From Actinobacteria bacterium Ga0077541 (GTDB lineage: Bacteria; Actinomycetota; Thermoleophilia; Miltoncostaeales; Miltoncostaeaceae): a stretch of DNA of 61,981 nt. This document shows, one piece after another, positions 1 through 8,376 of the stretch; position 1 is the first letter of the stretch, and every line of letters begins with the position of its first letter. The stretch is from contig LNEQ01000271.1 of the NCBI GenBank assembly GCA_001464995.1, forward strand, positions 1 through 61,981, given 5' to 3'. The notes under the pieces were generated by a model. That model had not been told where the DNA came from and did no database searches. It worked only from the letters and a program-made list of their open reading frames with translations. Both the position numbers and the translations under genes were made by a program.

Positions 1-85
1 CGATCTCGTACCCGGCGTCGGTCAGGATGTTCTTGATCATCATCCGCATGAACGCGGCGTCATCGGCGATCAACACACTCGGCAT
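1..85 (-). CDS. cheY: Chemotaxis response regulator CheY, 5' part (runs off window start)
   Basis: Not in ORF track; reverse complement from ATG at 85 reads MPSVLIADDAAFMRMMIKNILTDAGYEI, the Bacillus/Thermotoga-type CheY N-terminus. Confidence 0.88.
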   Translation of the reverse strand, partial: MPSVLIADDAAFMRMMIKNILTDAGYEI

Positions 86-128
86 GCGGGATCCTCGGCT
101 GAGTCCGTTTACTGGGCAGGCTCTGCCG

Positions 129-155
129 GTATCGGCATCCGCGCAGCGCTCTTGA
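129..155 (-). promoter_or_regulatory. Sigma-28 (FliA/SigD/WhiG-type) promoter of cheY
   Basis: Minus strand TCAA (155-152) - 15 nt - GCCGATAC (136-129), matching TAAA/TCAA-N15-GCCGATAA, about 44 nt upstream of the cheY ATG. Confidence 0.75.
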
Positions 156-252
156 TGCCTCCGACGCCCCCTCCTCGGCGAATTGCCCAGGCCGAGCCTC
201 ATGGTTCGAGAGGTAGGTTCCCGGGAGCGCACACACCCCGGGGAGGCCGGAG

Positions 253-717
253 ATGCACAGCGACGCCGCCCTGCGGTACTTCGAGGACTTCTCCGCGGGG
301 GAGACCTTCACCACGCCCGAGATCGAGGTGACGACCGCCGAGATCATCGAGTTCGCGCGCCTCTACGACCCGCAGCACTTCCACACCGACCCCGAGACGG
401 CGGTCGACTCGGTGTTCGGCCGGCATGTCGGCAGCGGGTGGCACACGGCCGCGCTCACGATGCGCCTCTGGTTCGATCACGGCCCGCCGGTGGCGGGCGG
501 GCTGGTCGGGCTCGGGGTCGACGAGCTGCGCTGGGGGCCGCTGCACGGCGGTGACCGGATCCACGTGGTGGGCGAGGTGGTGGAGACGGTCCCCTCGCGC
601 AGCGGCGCGCCCCGGGGGGTGGTGCGCCTGCGCCTGCGGACGCTGACCCATCGCGGCACCGAGGCCCAGCACATGCTCAGCGCCATCCTCGTGCCGAGCC
701 GCGCCGCCGCCGGCTGA
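253..717 (+). CDS. MaoC/hotdog-fold dehydratase
   Basis: YFEDF..G, EIIEFARLYDPQHFHTD, SGWHTAA, GLGVDELRW motifs; GGAG RBS. Confidence 0.85.
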   Translation: MHSDAALRYFEDFSAGETFTTPEIEVTTAEIIEFARLYDPQHFHTDPETAVDSVFGRHVGSGWHTAALTMRLWFDHGPPVAGGLVGLGVDELRWGPLHGGDRIHVVGEVVETVPSRSGAPRGVVRLRLRTLTHRGTEAQHMLSAILVPSRAAAG

Positions 718-795
718 CGCACCCGTCCGCCGGCGGGCTCAGGCTCAGCGCAGGGGGGGTGTCGGCCTCCGCGGCGGCGGGGGGCAGCGGCGCGA

Positions 796-2720
796 TCAGG
801 AGCGGTGCGTCGAGCGTCGCCCCCGCATCTCCGGGGCGCCCTCCGCGTGCAGGCGCTCCATCACCGCCACCACATGGGGGGCGAACTGCGTCCCGGCCTG
901 GGCGCGGACCTCGGCGAGGGCCTGTGCCGGGGTGAGCGGGTCGCGGTAGACGCGGGGCGCCGTCATCGCGTCCCACGCATCGGCCCCGGCGAGGATCATC
1001 GACCCCTCGGAGGGGCCGGGCCCCGCCACGGCGCGTGGGTAGCCGTGGCCGTCCACGCGCTCGTGGTGCCGGCGCACCCAGGTCGCCTGCTCCTCGTCGA
1101 GCACCTCGCCGGCGATCTGCACGCCCAGCTCGACGTGGCGCGTGATGGCGGCGTACTCCTCGCCGTCGAGGCGCCCCGGCTTGAAGAGCACCGCGTCGGG
1201 CACGCCGGTCTTGCCGATGTCGTGGAGCAGCGCGGCCTCGCGCAGCCGGACGCAGTCGTCCGCCGCCCAGCCGAGCTCGCCCGCGATGCGCACGGCCAGC
1301 CGGGCGACCCGCTCGGAGTGGGCGAGCGTGGTGGGGTCGCGAGCGTCTCGGCGCGCTCCTCGGCCGTCAGTGCCTCCACGACCTCGGGCGTGTAGATGAA
1401 CCAGGCGTCGCGGCCGTTGGCCTTCGCCCAGTAGAGCGCCCCCTTGGCGAGGCGCACGAGGTTGTGCGGGCGCCCGGCGCGCTCGAGCGTGCAGATGCCG
1501 CCCGAGGCGGTGAGCGTCCCGGCCGTGGCGAAGGGCGTGCCCGCGACGGCCCTCCGCGCGCGCTCGGCTACCTGGTACCCGCCGAGCTCCTCCGTGTCGG
1601 GCAGCAGCAGGGCGAACTGCTCGCCCCCGACGCGCGCGACCAGGTCCTCCTCGCGCGACATCGACAGCAGCCGCCGGGCGACCTCGGCGAGCACCCGGTC
1701 GCCGACCTGCTGGCCGTGGGCGTCGTTGACGGTCTTGAAGTGGTCGAGGTCGAGCAGCACCAGGCTCAGCGGTCGCCCGTGGCGCTCGGCCCGGCTCGAC
1801 TCGGCGATCAGCCGCTCGTTGAACACCCGCTCGTTGGCGAGTCCGGTCAACGGGTCGTGCGCCGCGGCCTCGGCCATGCGGGCGCGCGCGGACGCGTTCG
1901 CGACCCCGAGGCCCACCAGCTCGCCGAACCGGGTGACCCGCTCCTCGACGTCCCGGTCGGCCAGGCCGTCGCGCCGTGTGGCCGCCACGAGGACGGCGCC
2001 CCAGACGTTGGCGGCCCCCATCACCGGGGCGGCCACGCCCCGCCGGAAGCCGGCGGCGCGGACGATGTCGGCCACCGGGTCGCCGGCCAGGGCCTCGTAG
2101 GAGACCCGTACGGCGCCGCCCGTGCGGTGCACGCCGCCGAGTGCGGCGGCGCTCGGCAGGCGCGCGCGCCAGCCCGCGGGGGCCGCGAGCCCGCCCGACG
2201 TGCCGACCACCCGGGCCTCGTTCCAGTCGAAGCGGACCACGAGGGCGCACTCGGCCCCGAGAAGGCCCGCCATCTCCTCGGCGGCGAACGCGAAGAGCTC
2301 GTCCGTCGGGCGCTCCTCGGCCACGGCGGTCGCCACCGATCGCAGCGCGGCCTGCTCGGCCGTCGCGCGGCGCTGGGCCTGCGGGTCGGCGAGCAGCTGG
2401 CCGCCGTGCGTCCCCGGTCCGTCGCCACGGCGCACCGCCCAGTAGAGGATGCCGATCGCCATGGTCGCGACGTCCCAGACCACGAGCGCCAGCGTGAAGG
2501 CATCCGGGCCGTGCGAATGCCCGCCGGCCGCGACCGCGAGGGCGTGCCCCGAGTGGTGCACCGCGCACGAGAGGAAGATGCCGGCGGTCGCCAGGCCGAG
2601 CAGGTTGAGCCCGCGGTCGCGCTCGCGCAGCAGGGGGCGCAGCACCGACCAGGCGATGGCGATGTAGGCGACGCTGACGATCAGGTTGGCGGCGACGCCG
2701 ATCTGCCAGGCGGAGATCAT
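796..2720 (-). pseudogene. Membrane sensor-GAF-GGDEF-HD-GYP c-di-GMP enzyme, frameshifted at about 1339-1347
   Basis: Frame of ORF 996..2720 gives 3 TM helices, GAF, HDPLTGLAN, DLDHFKTVND, GGEQF; frame of ORF 796..2919 gives HSERVA, LLHDIGK, HHERVDGHGYP, DAWDAMT; frames switch at ETLA/DARDP. Confidence 0.75.
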
Positions 2721-2884
2721 GGCGGCGCGGCCCGTCGGATCCCGGGCACGAGATTCCTTTTCCGGTTACGGAAGATATCTCGGTCTCGCGGGCCCGCTTC
2801 TTGATCCTCTTCCTCAGCGCACCGTCTGGAGGTGTCTCCGGGGAGGCGCGCTCCCCGACCGCCCGCATCGGCGATGATCCCGGC

Positions 2885-3832
2885 ATGGGGACACCCGCGG
2901 ACACCGGTCGCGAGCACACGTCGGCCGGCCTCTGGACGTGGCGCGCGGTCGAGCTCGGCCGTCGCGCCCTCGGGCGGTACTTCGGGCGCTCGGGACACCG
3001 GCTCGCGGCGGCCGTCGCCTACTACGTTCTGCTGTCGCTGTTCCCGATCGTCCTGGTGGTCGTGGCCATCGCGGGCGCGGTACTCACCGACCCGTCGATG
3101 CGCGAGGGCTTCGTGGACGCGCTCGTGGACGCTCTTCCGCTCACCGAGGCCGGCGCCGACTCGATCGACTCGGTCGTGCGGGGGGTGGGCGACAATGCGG
3201 GAGCGGTGGGGGCCGCGAGCGCGGCCGGCCTGCTGTGGACGGCGAGCGGGATGATGGCGGCGCTGCGCGGAGGGCTCGACGACCTGATGGGCGGCACGTC
3301 ACCGCGTCGCCCGTTCCTGCAGGGCAAGCTCGTCGATCTGCTCATGCTGATCGCCGCGGGCCTGCTGCTGGTCGCCTCTGCGGGCATCACCATCGCCGAC
3401 CAGGTGGCGCAGGAGCAGGTGGTCGATCCCCTCGGCCTGCCGGGCATCGGGCTGCAGGCCGCGCGCTTCGTGCTGCCGACGGCGCTCGCGTTCGGGGTGC
3501 TGGTGATCCTGCTGCGGTGGGTGCCGTCGGACGGGCCCCGCATGCGCGACCTCTGGCCGGCGGCGCTGGCCGCGGCCGTGGCGCTGTGGGTACTGACCCT
3601 CGGATTCGCGTTCTTCGTCGACAACTTCGGCAACTACAACGTCGTCTACGGGTCGTTGGCCGCCGTCATCCTCTTTCTCGTCTACATCTACGTCGCGGCG
3701 AGCCTCGTGTTCCTGGCGGCCGCGTTCGCGGCCGACCGCGCCGAGGTCTTCGCAGCCCGGCCACAGCCCGGCGGCCCGGGCTTCCGTGCGGAGCTGCGGG
3801 GCTTCCTCAGGAGCCTCGTCGTCCGCGAGTGA
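2885..3832 (+). CDS. YihY/BrkB (virulence factor) family membrane protein
   Basis: LAAAVAYYVLLSLFP and YNVVYGSLAAVILFL motifs; start moved to ATG 2885. Confidence 0.85.
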   Translation: MGTPADTGREHTSAGLWTWRAVELGRRALGRYFGRSGHRLAAAVAYYVLLSLFPIVLVVVAIAGAVLTDPSMREGFVDALVDALPLTEAGADSIDSVVRGVGDNAGAVGAASAAGLLWTASGMMAALRGGLDDLMGGTSPRRPFLQGKLVDLLMLIAAGLLLVASAGITIADQVAQEQVVDPLGLPGIGLQAARFVLPTALAFGVLVILLRWVPSDGPRMRDLWPAALAAAVALWVLTLGFAFFVDNFGNYNVVYGSLAAVILFLVYIYVAASLVFLAAAFAADRAEVFAARPQPGGPGFRAELRGFLRSLVVRE

Positions 3833-3838
3833 CCGGCG

Positions 3839-4321
3839 TCAGTGGATCAGGAGCTTCAGCAGGACGATCAGGCCGCCGAGGCCGAGGTTGACCCCCGAGA
3901 CGGTCGCGATGCCAACGAGGCCGAGGCCCGCGCGGTGTGCGATCAGGGCGCCCCACAGCGCCAGGGCGGCGATGCCGTAGACCAGCGCCGTCCAGACCGC
4001 CGCGGACGTTTCGAGCACGCCCAGCCAGGCGAGGAGCAGCAGCGCGATCGCGGGCAGCGCCGACTCGATCATCGGCGCCTCGCGCGCCATCACCTCGGCC
4101 GTCGCGGTCCGACCGGGGCGGGTCTCGGCGCGCACCCACCTCGCCACCAGCCCGGCGTGGACGTGGGCGATCCAGAACACCACGACGCTGACGGCGACGG
4201 TGATCGCCATCACGCCCGGCCCCGAGCGCTTGAACGAGAGGCCCACCAGGACCGACAGGGTCAGCAGCGTCCCGTAGACGCCCGCGGCGCTGTCACCGAT
4301 CCGGAGCCATCGCGTGAGCAC
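3839..4321 (-). CDS. Conserved hypothetical membrane protein
   Basis: 4-5 hydrophobic segments, GVYGT and FWIAHVHA; leaderless start (TAACCT, 6 nt, GTG). Confidence 0.7.
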   Translation of the reverse strand: MLTRWLRIGDSAAGVYGTLLTLSVLVGLSFKRSGPGVMAITVAVSVVVFWIAHVHAGLVARWVRAETRPGRTATAEVMAREAPMIESALPAIALLLLAWLGVLETSAAVWTALVYGIAALALWGALIAHRAGLGLVGIATVSGVNLGLGGLIVLLKLLIH

Positions 4322-4354
4322 GGCGGAAGGTTACGCCCGCGCCCCCGGTCCGGT

Positions 4355-4867
4355 TCAGCCGGGGCGCCTGCGCTCGAACAGGAACACGTCGCGCCAGCGC
4401 CCGCCCGCCTCGCCGATCCGCTCCCGCCGTCCCACCAGGCGGAAGCCGCACGACTCCACCATCCGGCGGCTCGCCTCGTTCTCGACGAACACGACCGCCT
4501 CGAGGGTCCAGAGCCCTTCGCCGTCGGCCGCCTCGATCAGCGCGCGCAGCAGCGGCTGGCCGACGCCCTCTCCGCGGGTCTCGCGTGCGACGTACACCGA
4601 GCACTCGGCCACGCCGCGGTAGACGTCGCGGATCGAGGTGCGCGAGGCGGCGGCCCACCCCGCGATTCGCCCGTCGTCCTCGCGTGCCACCAGCCGCAAG
4701 CGCCCCGGGAGATGGTCGGCGTCCCACCGCTCCCAGCTCGGCACCTCGCTCTCGAAGGTCGAGTCGCCCGTCGCGATGCCCTCCGCGTAGACCGCGGCGA
4801 CCCCCTCCCAGTCGGAGGGACGCATCGGTGCGATCGCCGGCCGGCCCGCCTCATCGATCTCGTCCAT
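4355..4867 (-). CDS. GNAT N-acetyltransferase, phosphinothricin-acetyltransferase/YncA-like
   Basis: YAEGIATGDSTFE, YRGVAECSVYV, RGEGVG, ENEAS, GFRLVG. Confidence 0.85.
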   Translation of the reverse strand: MDEIDEAGRPAIAPMRPSDWEGVAAVYAEGIATGDSTFESEVPSWERWDADHLPGRLRLVAREDDGRIAGWAAASRTSIRDVYRGVAECSVYVARETRGEGVGQPLLRALIEAADGEGLWTLEAVVFVENEASRRMVESCGFRLVGRRERIGEAGGRWRDVFLFERRRPG

Positions 4868-4913
4868 CGCCAGGGTCGTTCCCCCGGCGACGCCCGTCCA
4901 ATCCGCGGCGCGC

Positions 4914-5492
4914 CTATTCCGCCGTGGCCTCGGGCCCCGGCAGGCCGAGCTCCACGGCGATCGGCTGCAGCGCCTCGATCACGTTGGCGATGTGCGCGTC
5001 GAGCTCCAGGCCGAGCTCCTCGGCGCCCGCGGCCACCTCGTCGCGGTGCACGCCCGCGGCGAACGAGGGCTGCTTCAGCTTCTTGCGCACCGACTTCGGC
5101 GTGAGGCCCTCGAGGCCGGTGGGGCGGACGAGCCCGCAGGCGTGCACGAAGCCCGAGAGCTCGTCGCAGGCGAAGAGGGTGCGCTTGAGCGGGGTGTCGC
5201 GCGGCAGCCCGAGGTGGTCGGCGTGCGAGAGCACCGCCTCGATCAGCTCCTCGGGCCAGCCCTCCTCGCGCAGGATCGGGGCGCCGTCCTGGGGGTGCTG
5301 GTCGAGCGTGGGGTGCATCTCCCAGTCGAAGTCGTGCAGCAGCGCGGTGCAGCCCCAGAACTCCTCGTCCTCGCCGGCGCGCCGGGCGTAGGAGCGGACG
5401 GAGGCCTCGACCGCGAGGGCGTGGCGCAGCAGCGACTCGCCGGTGGTGTACCGGGTCAGCGTCTGCCAGGCGCGCTCGCGGGTGACCTCCAT
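4914..5492 (-). CDS. HDIG/HD-domain metal-dependent hydrolase
   Basis: LLRHALAVE, LLHDFD, VLSHA, LFACDELSG, KSVRKKLKQPSFAAGV. Confidence 0.85.
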   Translation of the reverse strand: MEVTRERAWQTLTRYTTGESLLRHALAVEASVRSYARRAGEDEEFWGCTALLHDFDWEMHPTLDQHPQDGAPILREEGWPEELIEAVLSHADHLGLPRDTPLKRTLFACDELSGFVHACGLVRPTGLEGLTPKSVRKKLKQPSFAAGVHRDEVAAGAEELGLELDAHIANVIEALQPIAVELGLPGPEATAE

Positions 5493-5499
5493 CGCCGCC

Positions 5500-6714
5500 T
5501 CAGCCTACCCCGGCCGCCGCGACCTCGGCCGCGAGCGCACGGGCGAGGTCGCCGCGGTCCGCCACCCGCACGGCCCCGAGACCCAGCCACGCCGCCATGG
5601 CCCGCAGCTCGGCCGCCAGGTCGGCGGCCGTCGTGAGCGCGTCCTCTCCCGGCTCCGCGAACGCCGCGTGCACCAGCAGGGCCCCCTCCTCCCGCCCCGC
5701 CTTCAGGTCGACCCGCGCCACCAGCCGGTCGCCGCGCAGGAACGGCAGGACGTAGTAGCCGTGCACCCTGCGGGCGACCGGGGTGTAGATCTCGATGCGG
5801 TAGCGGAAGCCGAACAGCCTCTGCGTGCGCGCCCGGTCCCACACCAGCGAGTCGAAGGGCGACAGCAGCGCGCGGGCGTCCACCCGGCGCGGCAGGTGGG
5901 CGTCGGGATGGAGGAGGGCGGGCCGGTCCCAGCCCTCCACCCGCGCCGGCCGCAGCCGCCCCGCCTCGACGAGCTCGGCGACCAGGTGGCGCGCCCGCGG
6001 CACGTTCAGCCGGTGGTAGTCGCAGAGGTCGTGCAGGGTGGCGACGCCGAGGGAGCGCGCCGCCATGACCAGCAGCTCCCGCTTGGCCCCGTCCTCGGAG
6101 GGGGCGGGCAGGGCGCGCACGCGCTCGGGGATGACGCGCTCGGTGAGGTCGTACAGCCGCGCGAAGTCGGACGGGCGACGCCGGGCGGTGACCGCGCCCG
6201 CCCAGAACAGGTGCTCCAGCGCGCGCTTGCCGCGGCTCCAGCCCCACATCGACGCCGACCGCTCGCCCGGGTCGGACAGGTCGCCGGCCGCCAGCGGGCC
6301 GCGCTCGCGCACCTCCTCCAGCACGGTCCGCACGTAGCCGGGGTCGTCGCGGCCGATCGCGTAGATGTCCTTCCAGACGCCGTCGGGGCGCTCCATCCGC
6401 CAGCGCATCAGCGGCCAGAGGTCGATCGGCAGCAGCGAGGCCTCGTGGCACCAGTACTCGAACAGCTCGGCGTCGGCGGCCATGCGCGGCAGGGCGTCGC
6501 GCGGATGGGCGCCGATGCGCGCGAACAGGGGCAGCTCCTGCGAGCGCGCCAGAACGTTGACCGAGTCGATCTGGATCAGCCCGACGCGGTCGAGCACCCG
6601 CCGCACGTGGCGCCTGTCGACCCGTCCGGCCGGCCGGCGGCCGGCGAACCCCTGAGCGTGGAGCGCGATGCGGCGGGCCTGGGCGGCGCTGATCTCGGTC
6701 CGGTCGCCCCCCAT
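5500..6714 (-). CDS. YcaQ/AlkZ (HTH_42) family interstrand-crosslink DNA glycosylase
   Basis: ARRIALHAQGF, QIDSVNVLARSQ (QxD motif), FEYWCHEAS, LLSPFDSL, RIEIYTP, GYYVLP; leaderless start (TAACGT, 7 nt, ATG). Confidence 0.88.
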   Translation of the reverse strand: MGGDRTEISAAQARRIALHAQGFAGRRPAGRVDRRHVRRVLDRVGLIQIDSVNVLARSQELPLFARIGAHPRDALPRMAADAELFEYWCHEASLLPIDLWPLMRWRMERPDGVWKDIYAIGRDDPGYVRTVLEEVRERGPLAAGDLSDPGERSASMWGWSRGKRALEHLFWAGAVTARRRPSDFARLYDLTERVIPERVRALPAPSEDGAKRELLVMAARSLGVATLHDLCDYHRLNVPRARHLVAELVEAGRLRPARVEGWDRPALLHPDAHLPRRVDARALLSPFDSLVWDRARTQRLFGFRYRIEIYTPVARRVHGYYVLPFLRGDRLVARVDLKAGREEGALLVHAAFAEPGEDALTTAADLAAELRAMAAWLGLGAVRVADRGDLARALAAEVAAAGVG

Positions 6715-6729
6715 GCCCGCGACGTTACC

Positions 6730-6760
6730 CGTGCCCGGCGGGGGACGCCCGCCGGGCACG
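6730..6760 (-). terminator. GC-rich stem-loop, probable terminator
   Basis: CGTGCCCGGCGGG / CCCGCCGGGCACG 13-bp perfect stem just past the stop at 6767. Confidence 0.55.
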
Positions 6761-6766
6761 GCCCGC

Positions 6767-6891
6767 TCATCCCATGCCGTCGGAGCCCAGCAGGCCGACC
6801 AGGTCGAGGACCACGAGCAGCCGCTCGTCCAGCCATGCGACCGACGAGACGGCCCCGTCGGCCTCGAGCCCGGCCGGCGGGGCGAGCCGGG
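6767..6891 (-). pseudogene. C-terminal remnant of a CheW-like protein
   Basis: LAPPAGLEADGAVSSVAWLDERLLVVLDLVGLL resembles the CheW end (..PP....GVAKLDDRLLILLDLDKLL); no start codon of its own. Confidence 0.45.
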
Positions 6892-7293
6892 TCAGGGCGT
6901 CCGGTAGCTCGCGACCTCGATGGTGAGAGCGCCGGTCGCCGGGTCGTCGCCGAAGAGGAACGCCCCGCGCTCGGTCTCGCCGCCAGAGAGGAACATGACG
7001 GTCTGCTCGCCCTCTCCCACGGTCGCGCCGTCCACGGTCAGCTCGGCCACGACCTGGACGTCGGTGGCCGCGTCGCCGCCCGTGTTGCGCACCTCGAAGG
7101 GCACGCGGAACATCGCGCCCTGGCGCTCCGCGGGGCCCGACGGGGCGGCGGCGAGCACGGGCGGCCCCGAGGCCCCGGTGGCCCAGCTCAGCACGATCAG
7201 CCCCGCCACCAGGGCCACCAGCGCCACGGAGATCCCGAACGTCCACCACTCGGCCGCCGTGCGCGGCGGGCGCCCGGCCCGGTCGCCGCTCAT
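6892..7293 (-). CDS. TIGR02588 family protein
   Basis: AEWWTFGIS TM, VRNTGGDAATDVQV, FLSGGETERGAFLF; ATGA overlap with the upstream gene. Confidence 0.8.
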   Translation of the reverse strand: MSGDRAGRPPRTAAEWWTFGISVALVALVAGLIVLSWATGASGPPVLAAAPSGPAERQGAMFRVPFEVRNTGGDAATDVQVVAELTVDGATVGEGEQTVMFLSGGETERGAFLFGDDPATGALTIEVASYRTP

Positions 7294-8204
7294 ACGGCGA
7301 GCCGCCCGGCGGCGCCGCCGATGGTGGCCGGCAGGCCGAGGACGACCGTCCAGGCGAGCCACGTCCCCCAGTCCTGGTCGGGGCCGATGCGCTGGAAGAA
7401 CAGCAGCGCAAGAGCCGCGACCGAGAGCGAGATGACGTAGGCGCCGACCGTCTCGGCGAAGGGCCGTTGGAAGGGGCCCTCGTGCAGCCGGCGGCCGGCC
7501 TGATCGGAGAAGTCGGCCTCGAACACGATCGCGTACGAGATGAGCAGGGAGGCCGCCATCAGCGCCAGGAGCCACGGAGGCGACATCGCGCTGGCGATGA
7601 GCGGGATCTCGTCGGTCGGGGCGATGCTGAGGCAGAGCACCAGCGCGCCGACCGCCGCCGCGCCCGCGTCGGCCAGCGTGCGGCCGATCACCGGATCATC
7701 GCCCCCCAGCGCGTCCGCGAGGCCACCACCATCGGCCTCCCCGTCATCGTCCTCGTCCTCCTCCTCGCGCTCGCGCCGCTCCAGGAACTGACGCGCGAGG
7801 GCCGCGCCGATCGCGAACGGGATGGCCTCGAAGACGACCTTGCCGACGGACTCCTCCAGCGAGGTCGCCAGCGTGAGCTCCCGGATGCAGAAGAGGATCG
7901 CCGCGGCGCAGAGGACGCCGATCGCGACGATCACGATCCCGTCGAAGGCCGCGTCGCGCCAGGTGGTGTCGCGCACGTTGCGGAACCCCGAGGTGCGCGT
8001 GAGGACCATCACGACCACCAGCGACACGCCGAGGGCGCCGAGCATCCACCGGGGGTCGACCCACGACCCGTACCACCAGACCTCCATCGTGTAGAGGAGC
8101 GGGACGCCGAAGAGGAAGCCCCCCGCCGCCGCCCGCACGAGGTCCCCGGCCTCCTGCCTCCAGCCCGCGCCGGCCGCCCCGGCCGTCTGTCCGTGCGTCT
8201 CCAC
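7290..8204 (-). CDS. TIGR02587 (DUF2391) family membrane protein
   Basis: GGFLFGVPLLYTMEVWW, IAPTDEI, LGLPATIGGAAGRL; probable GTG start at 8204. Confidence 0.85.
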   Translation of the reverse strand: METHGQTAGAAGAGWRQEAGDLVRAAAGGFLFGVPLLYTMEVWWYGSWVDPRWMLGALGVSLVVVMVLTRTSGFRNVRDTTWRDAAFDGIVIVAIGVLCAAAILFCIRELTLATSLEESVGKVVFEAIPFAIGAALARQFLERREREEEDEDDDGEADGGGLADALGGDDPVIGRTLADAGAAAVGALVLCLSIAPTDEIPLIASAMSPPWLLALMAASLLISYAIVFEADFSDQAGRRLHEGPFQRPFAETVGAYVISLSVAALALLFFQRIGPDQDWGTWLAWTVVLGLPATIGGAAGRLAV

Positions 8205-8324
8205 GCCGGTAGGTCGCCCCGGGGGCGCCCATCCCAAACCCGCGCCGCGTCGGTTCGCATCCGGCAAAGAGCGGCCGCCGCAACTTGAAGCGCGACCCGT
8301 CCTCCGCTTTCCTGGGAGCCGCAG

Positions 8325-8350
8325 GATGTGAGACGCGCTAGTCTCACATC
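8325..8350. promoter_or_regulatory. Probable TetR operator
   Basis: Perfect inverted repeat GATGTGAGAC-N6-GTCTCACATC, 26 nt upstream of the MMPL-TetR operon. Confidence 0.7.
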
Positions 8351-8376
8351 AAGGACACCGTCACGAAGGACGACCC

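Noticed and set aside
1330-1350. Programmed ribosomal frameshift joining GGDEF and HD-GYP
   Set aside because: No slippery heptamer, and a conserved linker is missing, so deletion is the simpler explanation
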